A stretch of 63,839 nt of DNA, filler included, from Myxococcota bacterium (GTDB lineage: Bacteria; Myxococcota; Myxococcia; Myxococcales; Myxococcaceae): NCBI GenBank assembly GCA_049322255.1. It is 9 parts of 9 records of this genome, joined end to end, with 100 filler letters (N's around TTAATTAATTAA, not from the genome) between each part and the next. Parts side by side here need not be neighbours in the genome. Positions count along the whole stretch, not along the records: positions 36,709 to 43,725 come from JBMORE010000158.1; positions 43,826 to 50,784 come from JBMORE010000159.1; positions 50,885 to 57,759 come from JBMORE010000160.1; 6 more parts are not named here. The stretch is one strand, 5' to 3'. Every line of letters starts with the position of its first letter. Positions within the stretch are counted from its first letter, which is position 1. Shown in pieces: positions 40,166 through 52,756 of the stretch. The position numbers and the translations under genes were made by a program. The notes under the pieces were generated by a model. It was given only the letters and a program-made list of their open reading frames with translations, was not told the origin of the DNA and did not search any database.

Positions 40166-41611
40166 ATGGGCACCATGTGGCAGCGCGTCAGCCGCGCCGT
40201 GGTCTTCGCCGGGGTCCTCCTCGCAGCCGGGGCACGGGCGGAGCTTCGCCGGCTGGCCACCGCGGTGGTCGCGCCAGGGGAGGTGAGCGACGTCGAGGTA
40301 CTCTGGGTGGAGCACGCGGTGAAGAAGGTGGTCGCCTCCGATGCGCGCTTCGAGCACGTCAGCCTGGGCCACCACGCGCGTGACGCCGCCGCCAACCGCG
40401 AGGTGAAGGAGCTGGAGGCCAAGCGGCTGCACAAAGAAGCCACCGACGCGTTTGACAACCTCGACTACTCCGGCGCGCTGGAAAAGGTGAAGAAGGCGCA
40501 GCGCTTTCTCGAAGAATCGGAGCTCACCCGCGGGGTGGGGGCGCTCCTCGACGCGATGGCGCTCAAGGCGCTCATTCACTTCGCGCGCAACGAGCGGGCA
40601 GAGTTTTCGAACGAGGTCTCGCGTGTGCTCGCGCTGAACCCAAAGTACTCGTGGGATCGGGCCCGGCTCACCCCGGCGACCAGCGCCGCCATCGAGCCGT
40701 TGAGGAAAAAGCTCGCCGCGGTCCAGCGCATCCAGCTCGAGGTGCAGTCCCATCCGGTTGCGGGGTGGGTCTACGTCGACGGAGTCTTTCGCGGGGTTTC
40801 GCCCGTCACCGTCGCCGATTTGGCTCCGGGCAACCACTACCTGGCGGTGCTCGCCAACGGGTTCGAGCTTTGGCAGGAGCAGGTCTTCGCCGGCTCGGGG
40901 CAACCGGTGAAGGTGGCGCTGGTGCCGGCCAAGCAGGGCAAGGAACTCTTGGCGCTGTTGAGCGAGCTGCGCGGGGCATTGGAGAAGACCGACGGGGAGG
41001 CGCAGGCGGCGAAGCTTACGCAGTGGGGCTTGGCGGAGGAGATTCTCGTCGTCTCGCTGGAGGGGAAGAAGGGCAAGCGGCAGGCGCGGGCCCTGCGCAT
41101 CGGGTACGACGGCGCGGTGCTCGCAGAGAAGGAAGGTGGGGCAGACGGGGAGAGGACGGCGATGGTGGCCGCAGTGGAAAAGCTCGCTCGCGAAGCGCTC
41201 AGCGGGGAGGCGCCCAAGAAGCTGGCGGGGCTCGGCGAGGAGCCAGGGGTGGAGACGGCGCCATCGGAGCCGAAGATGTCGAAGCGGACGCTCGGGATGG
41301 TCGTGGGCGGCAGCGGGCTGGCGGCGCTCCTCGGCGGCTCGGTGCTGGGGCTGTCCGCCATGGGGAAGGCGCGCGAGGCGAACGCGCTCCCGCAGGTGAG
41401 AGAAGTGGAGTACGCGCGGGCGGCCTCTTCGGCCAAGTGGCAGGCGGGCATCGCCGACGGGTTGTTTACTGCCGGAGTGGCGGCGACGGTGGTGGGCATC
41501 GTCTTCTTGGCGACCGCCCCCGACGACGAGGTGGAGGAGGATGAGGAGACGGTGGTGCTCGCTCCCTTGGGGCCCGGTGGGCTCGGCGTCTCGCTCGAGG
41601 GGAGGTTTTGA
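40166..41611 (+). CDS. PEGA domain secreted/membrane protein
   Basis: Signal peptide, helical region, SHP..GWVYVDG...G.SP, C-terminal Gly-rich hydrophobic segments ending LEGRF. Confidence 0.8.
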   Translation: MGTMWQRVSRAVVFAGVLLAAGARAELRRLATAVVAPGEVSDVEVLWVEHAVKKVVASDARFEHVSLGHHARDAAANREVKELEAKRLHKEATDAFDNLDYSGALEKVKKAQRFLEESELTRGVGALLDAMALKALIHFARNERAEFSNEVSRVLALNPKYSWDRARLTPATSAAIEPLRKKLAAVQRIQLEVQSHPVAGWVYVDGVFRGVSPVTVADLAPGNHYLAVLANGFELWQEQVFAGSGQPVKVALVPAKQGKELLALLSELRGALEKTDGEAQAAKLTQWGLAEEILVVSLEGKKGKRQARALRIGYDGAVLAEKEGGADGERTAMVAAVEKLAREALSGEAPKKLAGLGEEPGVETAPSEPKMSKRTLGMVVGGSGLAALLGGSVLGLSAMGKAREANALPQVREVEYARAASSAKWQAGIADGLFTAGVAATVVGIVFLATAPDDEVEEDEETVVLAPLGPGGLGVSLEGRF

Positions 41612-41612
41612 G

Positions 41613-42557
41613 ATGCGCCGCGGGTGGGAGCTTTGGGTGTTGTGGCTCGCTGGCTGCTCGTTTTCGCTCGGGCTCAAGGGCATCGAGGGGCGGCCCTGCG
41701 AGAACGACGAGTGCCTGCCCGGGTACGAGTGCCGCGACCACGTCTGCGTGAGCCGCGGGTTGCCGGTGGGCGAGCCGTGCGCGCAGCACATCGACTGTGC
41801 CTTGAGAATTTGCGCCGAGGGTACCTGCGCTGCGCCGCCGTGCGAGGACGGGGTGACAGGCCCCAACGAGACCGACGTCGACTGCGGCGATTTCTGTGGC
41901 CCCTGCGCCGAAGGAAAGGCGTGCGCCGACGCCGACGACTGCACCTCGGGAATTTGCACCGCGCAAGTGTGTCAGCCGCCCTCGTGCACCGACGTGCTCA
42001 AGAACGGCATGGAGACCGACATCGATTGTGGCGGGCCGACCTGCGCTCCGTGTCAGCTGGGCAAGCTGTGCCTGGTGGGGAGCGATTGCACCACCAACAC
42101 GTGCGAGGTTTTCTGTCTGCCCGCGAGCTGCAACGACCAAATCTTCAATGGACAGGAGACCGATCTCGACTGCGGCGGCAACTGCGGCAAGTGCGCCGCA
42201 GGAAAAGCGTGCACGCAGAGCTCGGATTGCGCATCGCAGATCTGTACGTCGAATGCTTGTGCAGCGCCCGCTTGTTCCGACAGGGTGAAGAACGGCAGCG
42301 AGGCCGACCTCGACTGCGGCGGCACCTGCTCCGCTTGCAGCGACGGGTTGATGTGCTCGGTGAGTGGCGACTGTCTGAGCAACGTTTGCAGCAGCGGCAC
42401 CTGCCGGCCGGCACACTGCGGCAACAGCACGAAGGACGCCACCGAGACCGACCGCGACTGTGGTGGCCCGTGCGAGAAGTGTGCGACGGGCGACAGCTGC
42501 CGGGCCGGCAGCGACTGCGAAAGCGGGCGGTGCTACGCCAACATTTGCTGGTTCTGA
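41613..42557 (+). CDS. Cys-rich repeat lipoprotein (E[TA]DxDCGG repeats)
   Basis: GGAGG SD; lipobox LAGC; five C.D...N..E[TA]DxDCG..C..C repeats. Confidence 0.88.
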   Translation: MRRGWELWVLWLAGCSFSLGLKGIEGRPCENDECLPGYECRDHVCVSRGLPVGEPCAQHIDCALRICAEGTCAAPPCEDGVTGPNETDVDCGDFCGPCAEGKACADADDCTSGICTAQVCQPPSCTDVLKNGMETDIDCGGPTCAPCQLGKLCLVGSDCTTNTCEVFCLPASCNDQIFNGQETDLDCGGNCGKCAAGKACTQSSDCASQICTSNACAAPACSDRVKNGSEADLDCGGTCSACSDGLMCSVSGDCLSNVCSSGTCRPAHCGNSTKDATETDRDCGGPCEKCATGDSCRAGSDCESGRCYANICWF

Positions 42558-42622
42558 CCGTCGGTTCGCCCGCCGGATCGCTTGCGTCGGGTGGCGACAA
42601 AGGCTAACTGTGCCGCCTCCTT

Positions 42623-42696
<74 letters not shown>

Positions 42697-42701
42697 CTGG
42701 T

Positions 42702-42753
42702 GCAAAGGCCGGGATTCGCTGGGGAAACTCAGCGGTCTCGGCCTTTGTTTTTC
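42702..42753 (+). terminator. Terminator-like hairpin after tRNA-Arg
   Basis: GCAAAGGCCGGGA...TCTCGGCCTTTGT followed by a T run. Confidence 0.65.
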
Positions 42754-42808
42754 GCCTCGGCGCCCTCGGGTAGTAACCGGGTAGTACACATCGAACGCTG
42801 GCCGCTCC

Positions 42809-43195
42809 GTGGTAGGCGGGGCGCGTGGCCATGAAGAGCAAGGAAACGGAGTACCGCCGCCGCTGGCGGTTGAGGGCGGCAATCGTCCGGTCAGGGACTT
42901 CCTCGACGGTCTGCCAGCCTCAGACGCTGCCGAAATCGTCGCTGAGATGAAGCAAGTTGCCAAGGTCGGTCTCGAAGCTTCCCGCCATCTTCGCGGCGAC
43001 ATCTGGGAAGTCCGGGTGCAGGGTGAGAACCGAATCTTCCGCGTGCTGTTCGCTCCGGAAGGCCGCTTCGGGCAGGTTCTGCTCGCCCTCGAGGCGTTCA
43101 CCAAGAAGACTCAGAAGACTCCGCCCGCCACCATCGCCGTCGCCGAGAAGCGGCTCTCCGATTGGAGAAGACGAGGAGCAACCGCCCAAAGGTGA
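42809..43195 (+). CDS. HigB/Gp49-like RelE-family toxin, N-terminus possibly frameshifted
   Basis: G.RPVRDFLDGL, HLRGDIWEVR, FRVLF, LEAFTKKTQKTP. Confidence 0.8.
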   Translation: MVGGARGHEEQGNGVPPPLAVEGGNRPVRDFLDGLPASDAAEIVAEMKQVAKVGLEASRHLRGDIWEVRVQGENRIFRVLFAPEGRFGQVLLALEAFTKKTQKTPPATIAVAEKRLSDWRRRGATAQR

Positions 43196-43293
43196 GGCTA
43201 AGCCGCAGGATGCCAAGCGGACGAAGCAAAGGCGCTAGCGCTAAAACGAGTTAGCGTATATGATATGACCACAAAGGTTTGGTGGAGGCAGCC

Positions 43294-43590
43294 ATGAGCA
43301 GCGAGCTGGACAAATACGTCGCGGAGCGAGAGGCCCGTGAGCCCGGCTTCGCCGCACTGGTCGAGGCTGCCGAGCAACGGCGGGCCTTCGCGCGAGAGAT
43401 GGCTGAGCGGCGAAAGAAGCATGGCCTCAGCCAGACGCAGGTTGCCGCCAAGATGAAGACCTCGCCATCCATCGTGAGCCGCATCGAGAGCGGCGGGGAC
43501 GTACGGCTCTCCACGCTCGAGAAGTACCTCGTCGCTCTCGGCTTCGAGCTGACGATGCAGGCGCGGAGGCTGCCGCACGGAGCCGGGTAA
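43294..43590 (+). CDS. HigA-like XRE HTH antitoxin
   Basis: GGAGG SD; RKKHGLSQTQVAAKM.TS.S.VSRIESG.D..LSTL. Confidence 0.9.
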   Translation: MSSELDKYVAEREAREPGFAALVEAAEQRRAFAREMAERRKKHGLSQTQVAAKMKTSPSIVSRIESGGDVRLSTLEKYLVALGFELTMQARRLPHGAG

Positions 43591-44027
43591 AGGCGGGGCG
43601 CCATCGGCGAGCTCGTACTGCGACGCTCTCAAGATTGACGTTCCGCGACTCGATGAGGAGGTCGGCCCTCGGGACGGGTAGTGACCGAGTTTGACGCGCC
43701 GCAAAGAGTGGGGTGACTGCGCGGGNNNNNNNNNNNNNNNNNNNNNNNNNNNNNNNNNNNNNNNNNNNNTTAATTAATTAANNNNNNNNNNNNNNNNNNN
43801 NNNNNNNNNNNNNNNNNNNNNNNNNGGCAACGCGGGACATGTGAAGCTCCTTGAGATGAGTGACTTGGACACTTCCATTGTCTTGGTGCGTCGCGCGGAG
43901 TTTCGCTGATCCAATGTAAAGCCGGTTGTCAAAAGATTCGCCGCGGAATCTGGATGTGCGGGCTGCGCCCCCTCTTGAAGCGACTCCGACTGGAGCCCGG
44001 CCAAGCATGAAACGAATTGCCCCTCGT

Positions 44028-44483
44028 TCAAAGCGTCAGCCGACGCTCCCAACGCCCGAGCGCCACGGCGAGCACTCGCCGGTTTCCGACGCGCCGGAAG
44101 GCCAGCGCCCATCTGCCGCGAGGTAGCAGGCCGCCGCGCGCGCGCTTCCAGCGCATGTCGACCTCGAGCAGCTCGGCCGCGACCGAGCCGGGCCATGCGT
44201 TCGCGGACAAGGAGTCGATGAAGGCACGGCCGTCGGCCAGCGGACCGCCCAACGCGGGAGGCGGATGAGCCGCGGCCCACGCAGAAAAGCGCGAAGCGAA
44301 GCCAGCGCCGAGAAAGGCCGCCAGGCGTGGCCAAGCTTGACGCGCTTCCCGCGCTCTCTTGCGCAGCAACATTCGCTCGGTCGCCTTCACCCGCGCCGCG
44401 TCCAGCCCGAGCGAAACGGGGCCACCTGCCACCAACGAATCGACGAGTGCCGCCTGCGCGCGCTGGAGCTCCTGGCGGGTCAC
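44028..44483 (-). CDS. Putative MNIO partner protein (DUF2063/RRE-like role)
   Basis: GTGA overlap with the DUF692 stop; QAALV.SLVAGGP, LLRKRAR...AWP.L...LG..F...F pattern. Confidence 0.7.
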   Translation of the reverse strand: MTRQELQRAQAALVDSLVAGGPVSLGLDAARVKATERMLLRKRAREARQAWPRLAAFLGAGFASRFSAWAAAHPPPALGGPLADGRAFIDSLSANAWPGSVAAELLEVDMRWKRARGGLLPRGRWALAFRRVGNRRVLAVALGRWERRLTL

Positions 44484-45304
44484 GCGGCGCTCCTCGTCGC
44501 GGCCGAAACAGCGCACACGATCGCGTCGAGCTCGGCATTCAGCTCATCGGCGGGCGGAAAATTCGCGTCGCGCTCGAGCATGAAGCCTCTCGCGCGCGGA
44601 CCTAGGTGCGCCAACAGATCGAGTGACCCCGAAGGCAAGGGGTGCGCGTGCGTGTCATGGTAGAGGCCGCCGCGCCGGGTGCCTCCCGCCAAATGGACGT
44701 ACGCGATGCGGCCCTGCGGTATGGCGTCGAGCCATTCATACCCGCTGAAGCCGCCGTTCAGGGCATTGGCGTAGAGGTTGGCGACGTCGACCAGCAGCCC
44801 GCAACCCGTCGCCGTCACCAGCTCGGAGAGAAACTCCGGCTCGTCCATTTCCGCGCCAGGCCACTCGATGAGGGAGGCGATGTTCTCGATGGCGAGCGGC
44901 ACCGGCAGCACCGCCTGCGCACGGCGAACGTTCTCCACCAGGGCCTCCAACGCTGGGGCGTTGCGCGGGAGCGGCAACAAATGCCCAGCCTCTTTTCCGC
45001 CCGCGCGCACGAAGGCGGCATGCTCGCTCACCAGACAGGCGCCCGTCGCTTCGGCGAGCCGGGCCAGGGCATCGAGGCGGCGCACATCGACCGGCTCCGC
45101 CCCCCCGAGAGAGAGCGAGAGACCATGAAGCACGACCTTCACGCCGCTGTGGGTGAGCCGCCGCACCGCGCAGGGCAAGGGATGTCGCGGGTCCAAGTTC
45201 TCGGCGACCAGCTCCACGAAGCTCAAGTCTTGACGAGCGTCGATGGTCCGCCCGAGCGCCGGACGCCAACCGATTCCCAAGCCCAACGACGGGAGCGCAT
45301 TCAC
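44480..45304 (-). CDS. DUF692 multinuclear non-haem iron oxidative enzyme (MNIO)
   Basis: GLGIGWR, ELVAEN, HGLSLSLGG, SEH, IENIA, DVANLY.N, HLAGG, HDTH, LERD metal-ligand motifs. Confidence 0.95.
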   Translation of the reverse strand: MNALPSLGLGIGWRPALGRTIDARQDLSFVELVAENLDPRHPLPCAVRRLTHSGVKVVLHGLSLSLGGAEPVDVRRLDALARLAEATGACLVSEHAAFVRAGGKEAGHLLPLPRNAPALEALVENVRRAQAVLPVPLAIENIASLIEWPGAEMDEPEFLSELVTATGCGLLVDVANLYANALNGGFSGYEWLDAIPQGRIAYVHLAGGTRRGGLYHDTHAHPLPSGSLDLLAHLGPRARGFMLERDANFPPADELNAELDAIVCAVSAATRSAA

Positions 45305-46179
45305 GAGCCGCACCCTCCGCAGCCACCTCCGCCACAGCCTCCGCCGCATGAGCTGCCGCAGCTGCTTCCGCACGAGCTGAAGCTTCCTGCGCCGCTGGAG
45401 GCGTGCGTCTTCTTCTGAAGCGCCAGCTGGAGATCCACCGGGAGCAGGGCGGCACCCCACAAGCCGACCGCGAGCGCTACATCGTTGGGGGCGAGGTTTT
45501 CCTCCGGGTCATACGCGGTGCTTCGGAGGGCGGCGTTCTTGTCTTGTAGCCGTGTGAAAACCACGTCTCCCGCGCGCGTGCGAAGCGGCGGCCGCCTGAA
45601 CACCATCAGCGCGGCAACGGCTGTTCCGACGACGAACAAAACCAGGAAGCTGACCGGCCGGTCGCGTGAGAGACCGACGGCGACCTTTGCCATCCCTAGA
45701 GCAGCAACCGCAAATACCAACCCCATCGGCAAGACCGTCGTGCGGCGGCGTGTGCTCCCGTCGAGAATGAGCCCCAGCTCGATCAGCTTTCCTTTCAACT
45801 GGGCGGCCTCGTCGATGGCGAACTGGCGGAATGCTCCTAAGCTCTCTTCCGTGGGGTGCAGCCCGGCCAGGACCGCCCGCTCCAGGGGATGAGCGCCTTG
45901 GGGGAGCTGCGCGACGGAGCCCGGCACAACCGACCCGGCGTATCCATCCACGCTCAGAAGTTGTTTGCGGATGAGCGCGCTCAGAACGGCGTCGGCGGCG
46001 CGCTCGGCGTCTCCTGCCAGGTACGCCACCTCATATGCGTCCAAGTCGTATGAGCGGGGAACGGGCATGCTCGGCACCCGCAGGAAAAACCGGAGGAAGG
46101 CTGCGGCGCCGAACGCGGTAACTGCTGCGAAAAGGTACAGCTGCAAAAACTCCGGGCCGCGAAGCTCAAGTGGATTCAT
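45301..46179 (-). CDS. TIGR04222-type membrane protein with Cys/Gly/Ser-rich C-terminal tail
   Basis: MNPLEL.GPEFL.LY start, LD.YEVAYLAG, GL.RDRPV.FLV, tail SSCGSSCGSSCGGGCGGGGCGGCGS. Confidence 0.9.
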   Translation of the reverse strand: MNPLELRGPEFLQLYLFAAVTAFGAAAFLRFFLRVPSMPVPRSYDLDAYEVAYLAGDAERAADAVLSALIRKQLLSVDGYAGSVVPGSVAQLPQGAHPLERAVLAGLHPTEESLGAFRQFAIDEAAQLKGKLIELGLILDGSTRRRTTVLPMGLVFAVAALGMAKVAVGLSRDRPVSFLVLFVVGTAVAALMVFRRPPLRTRAGDVVFTRLQDKNAALRSTAYDPEENLAPNDVALAVGLWGAALLPVDLQLALQKKTHASSGAGSFSSCGSSCGSSCGGGCGGGGCGGCGS

Positions 46180-46933
46180 CTCTCACCTCCACCGTTCGGG
46201 CAAGCGCGGCCGCGGCGGAGACCACCCCCAGGATTTTGGCGAACAGTACCGGCGGCTCGTTCTCCATCGGCTCTCCGGCCTTGAGTGCCGCCAATTGGGC
46301 GAGCGGCTCGGCCTCGAGCCCAAACCGTTTCGAGGCGGCCGCGAATACGGCTGCTGGCGCGTCGTCTGCCACTGCCGCCTCCCCGGCCACACGGAGCAGC
46401 ACACCGAGCTCGACCGAGAGTGGAGTGGCAATGTCCGACAGGGCGGAGAAGAGCCCCGCGGCGTCATCGCTGGTGCCGACGTACCGGCGCCGGAGCCGCA
46501 TGGCCAGATTGGTCAGCTCCATCTGCGCGCGAAGGCGAAGATGTGCCGGGGCCACCTTTGCCGAGGCGAACGGATTTTCACCGTAAAGCAATACCTGATG
46601 CTCCCGAAGCTCCAGCACCTTGGCGGGGAACAGATCGGCAATCGTCGCTACTTCGTGCTCGGCGACGATGAAGGGCTCGAGGCGAATCGCGCGGAACGCC
46701 GCGCGCAGAGCGGGGGCGATCGCGTCGAGGGTTGCGGGCGACGTAGATCGAAGGACGATGGCCACGTTGACGTCGCTCGCGTTGGGCCGATAACGCTTTC
46801 GGGCCACGCTTCCGTACAGAATGAGGGCGCGAAGCTCTTGCCCGGCGTGCGACCTCAGAGAGGCGCGCAGGGCCTCAAGGGCCACCGACACACGCGGCGG
46901 CAAGTCGAGGGGAATCAGAGCGTCGAAGGGCAT
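46166..46933 (-). CDS. Pol-beta-like nucleotidyltransferase-domain protein
   Basis: ILYGSVAR...SDVNVAIVL, D.FP, VLLYGE.PF; overlaps the TIGR04222 start by 14 nt. Confidence 0.75.
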   Translation of the reverse strand: MPFDALIPLDLPPRVSVALEALRASLRSHAGQELRALILYGSVARKRYRPNASDVNVAIVLRSTSPATLDAIAPALRAAFRAIRLEPFIVAEHEVATIADLFPAKVLELREHQVLLYGENPFASAKVAPAHLRLRAQMELTNLAMRLRRRYVGTSDDAAGLFSALSDIATPLSVELGVLLRVAGEAAVADDAPAAVFAAASKRFGLEAEPLAQLAALKAGEPMENEPPVLFAKILGVVSAAAALARTVEVRDEST

Positions 46934-47029
46934 GAGAAACCTCGCACGGAAGGGTACGGGCGCGCGGTGTCGGCCCGGTAACAGCGGAGTGAATTCGCGG
47001 TGAGCTCGATGTTGGCGCGGTGCGGCGTT

Positions 47030-47883
47030 CTACGCGCGGACGCCGGAAACCACCCAGGTCACCCCGGGCAGCTCGAGCGGACCATCGGTTTTCAACCCGG
47101 CGTAGGCGGTACGAATCTCGTCCTCCACCGCCGAGCGCCCTTGGGGAGCGACGGAGCCGAGCATCGTCGCCACCGGACCAGCGAGCTCGGAGATGAAGGT
47201 GAAGGCATGCGCGACCGACTCGAAGGGGCCCCAGCGCACCTGCTGCTCGACGACCTGCACGTCTCGAAAGCCCGCCTCTTCGACGACCGACGTCAGCCGC
47301 TTGGGGTCGGCGAAGGCGAAGATGCCGGGCGCTCCGGGCGGAGGCGCGGGCAGCTCGAGCTTCTTGCGCAGAATTCCCGCCGGCAATGAGGCCCAGGGGT
47401 TGCGGGGCGGCTCCGCCCAGCACGCGGCGGCGATTCGCCCACCCTTTTTGAGAGACGTCAGGCAACGGCGAAGACAAGCCAGCGGGTCGGGCATGAACAT
47501 CAAGCCCCAGCGAATGGTGACCGCGTCGAAGTGGCTCGCGGGGACATCGAGCGCTTCGCCGTCGACGCACTGGAACACCACGTTCCCGACGCCCTTCCGC
47601 TTCGCCTTCTCGCGTGCGAAGGCCAGCATCGGCTCGACGAAGTCAGTCGCCAGCACCGACCCTTTGGGGCCCACGCGGGAGCCAATGGCCAGCGCCGGCT
47701 CTCCCGTCCCTGAGGCGATGTCCAACACCTGCTGCCCCTCGCCAATCGCCGCCAGCTCCAGCATGCGAGTGGAGACCGGCTGCGCGCAGCGCGTCAGCAC
47801 CTCGTCCCACTTCGCCCATCCCGGGGCGACCTTGGTCCAGCTCGTTTGCTCTTTCTGTTTCTGCTCGGTGGTGGATGTCGTCG

Positions 47884-47887
<4 letters not shown>
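47030..47887 (-). CDS. Class I SAM-dependent methyltransferase (UbiE-like)
   Basis: VLDIASGTG, TDF...ML, FDAV..RWGLMF, LKKGGRI; ATGA overlap with the ileS stop. Confidence 0.92.
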
Positions 47888-50727
<2,840 letters not shown>

Positions 50728-50884
50728 GACGAGAAGGGGCCGTAGCACCGCGGCCCTGTGCTTTCAACGAGTGCCCGCGCTGCTNNNNNNNNNNNNNNNN
50801 NNNNNNNNNNNNNNNNNNNNNNNNNNNNTTAATTAATTAANNNNNNNNNNNNNNNNNNNNNNNNNNNNNNNNNNNNNNNNNNNN

Positions 50885-51099
50885 CACGACAAGCGAGGGA
50901 GCTGGTGCTCCGCGCGCTCGAGCCGCTGCATCCGGACCGCAAAGCCATCTTCATCTTGCACGACATCGACGGCTGCAGCGTGCCCCAGGCGGCCGAAGCG
51001 CTCGCCGTGCCCGTCAACACCGCCTACACCCGGCTGCGCGCCGCGCGGCTGGACTTCAGCTCGCAGCTTCGCCGACTCCGCGCGGGAGGTCTGACATGA
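50885..51099 (+). CDS. ECF sigma factor region 4 (5' truncated)
   Basis: R.AIFILHDIDG.S....AEAL.VPVNTAYTRLRAAR. Confidence 0.85.
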
Positions 51100-51824
51100 A
51101 CGATACCGACCTCGAACCCTTGGCCGCTGACGTCCTCGAGGTGCTCCAGGCAGAGCGGCGACGCCCCGACCTGGCCGCAGAGCAGCATCACGCGTTGTCC
51201 GAGCGGATTCGCCTTGCGGTGGCGACGAGCCTCGCGGCGCCTTCGCCATCTCCATCGCCTTCCGAGCCGCCTGCACCCTCGCTCGCCGCGCCTACCCTGG
51301 CCTCTGGAGTCGCCACCAAAGTCGGCGTTGCCCTCTTCGCCGCGGGCGCCCTCACCGGAGGCATCGCCGGTGCCGGCCTTCACGCCGCGCTCACTATTCC
51401 TGAGGAGCCACGACCCGCTCCCGTGCCGGTGCAGGCGCAGCGCCCCGTAGAGGTCCCTCCCCTTCCGCCGCAGCCCTTGCCCGCGCCGAAGCTGCCCCAC
51501 GTCGAAGCGAAGCGCCCCGCTCCCAAGCCAACCACCAGCCCCAAACGCGAATCCGACGTGGAGCTGGCCGAGGAACGAGCGCTGCTCGAGGTGGCCAGAA
51601 CCGCGCTGGCGCGAGGCAACGCCGCCGAGGCGCTCGATGCAGTGAACCGCCATGCCAGCCACTTCAAGACCGCCCGGCTGGCCGAAGAGCGAGAGAGCCT
51701 CGCCATCCAGGCCCTGCTCGCCCTGGGAAGAGAGGCCGATGCCCGCCAGCGTGCCGAGGACTTTCGCCGCCGCTTCCCTGAAAGCATGCTACTTCCGCTG
51801 ATCGACAGCCTCGCGCCTCCATGA
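51096..51824 (+). CDS. Putative anti-sigma factor (TM, Pro-rich linker, TPR-like end)
   Basis: ATGA coupling to the sigma gene; LAEERALL..AR.AL..G...AL...EER...AI.AL pattern. Confidence 0.75.
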   Translation: MNDTDLEPLAADVLEVLQAERRRPDLAAEQHHALSERIRLAVATSLAAPSPSPSPSEPPAPSLAAPTLASGVATKVGVALFAAGALTGGIAGAGLHAALTIPEEPRPAPVPVQAQRPVEVPPLPPQPLPAPKLPHVEAKRPAPKPTTSPKRESDVELAEERALLEVARTALARGNAAEALDAVNRHASHFKTARLAEERESLAIQALLALGREADARQRAEDFRRRFPESMLLPLIDSLAPP

Positions 51825-52656
51825 GTTTTCGAATCGAAGCCATCCGTTCTGAGCAAGTGGAGTCGGTGCACCGCGTCTCGGTCGCGGTGGTAGACGAGAG
51901 CGGCCGGAGGGTGGCGAGCGCGGGTCAAAGCGACCTTTGCACCTTCTGGCGCTCGGCGGCCAAGCCGTTCCAGGCGCTGCCGATGGTGCAAGACGGAGCC
52001 GCTGCGCGCTTCGGCTTCGCCTCGCGCGAGCTGGCGTTGGCATGTGCCTCGCATTCCAGCGAACCGATGCACCGCGAGGTGTGCCGGGGAATGCTCGAGC
52101 GGCTGGGTCTTTCCGAGAGCGCGCTGGCCTGCGGCCCTCATCCTCCCTTGTCTCCCGTGGTGGCGGCGCAGCTGGCCAAGGAGGGCGCTTCGCCCACGTC
52201 GATGTGGAGCAACTGCTCGGGCAAGCACGCTGGCATGCTCGCGCTGGCGCTCCACCGCGGCTGGCCCGTGGCGGGCTACGAGCGTCAAGGGCACCCGCTC
52301 CAGGAGCGCGTGCTCGCCGAGGTTTCGCGGTGGACCGGTGTGCCGCCCAAAGACATCGGGCTGGGCGTCGATGGCTGCACGGCGGTGTGCTTCGCACTGC
52401 CGCTGGCGGCGATGGCGACCGCCTACGCGCGCTTCGGTGTTTCGGATGAACCGGCGGCGGCGAAGCTGCGCGAGGCGATGTGGACACACCCCGAGCTGGT
52501 CGCCGGTACCGGCCGGCTGTGCACCGACTTGATGACCGCGGCCCGCGGCCGGGTGTTGGCCAAGGTGGGCGCCGAGGGCATCTACTGCGCCGCCCTTCCC
52601 GAGCGCCGGCTGGGCGTGGCGCTCAAAGTGGAGGACGGGGACGGACGCTGCTCCCC
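51821..52656 (+). CDS. L-asparaginase II (Rhizobium-type) family protein, 3' end in gap
   Basis: ESVHR, RSAAKPFQA, ASHS.E..H, NCSGKHAGML, DGC, AKVGAEG, ALKVEDG. Confidence 0.92.
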
Positions 52657-52756
52657 NNNNNNNNNNNNNNNNNNNNNNNNNNNNNNNNNNNNNNNNNNNN
52701 NNNNNNNNNNNNNNNNNNNNNNNNNNNNNNNNNNNNNNNNNNNNNNNNNNNNNNNN

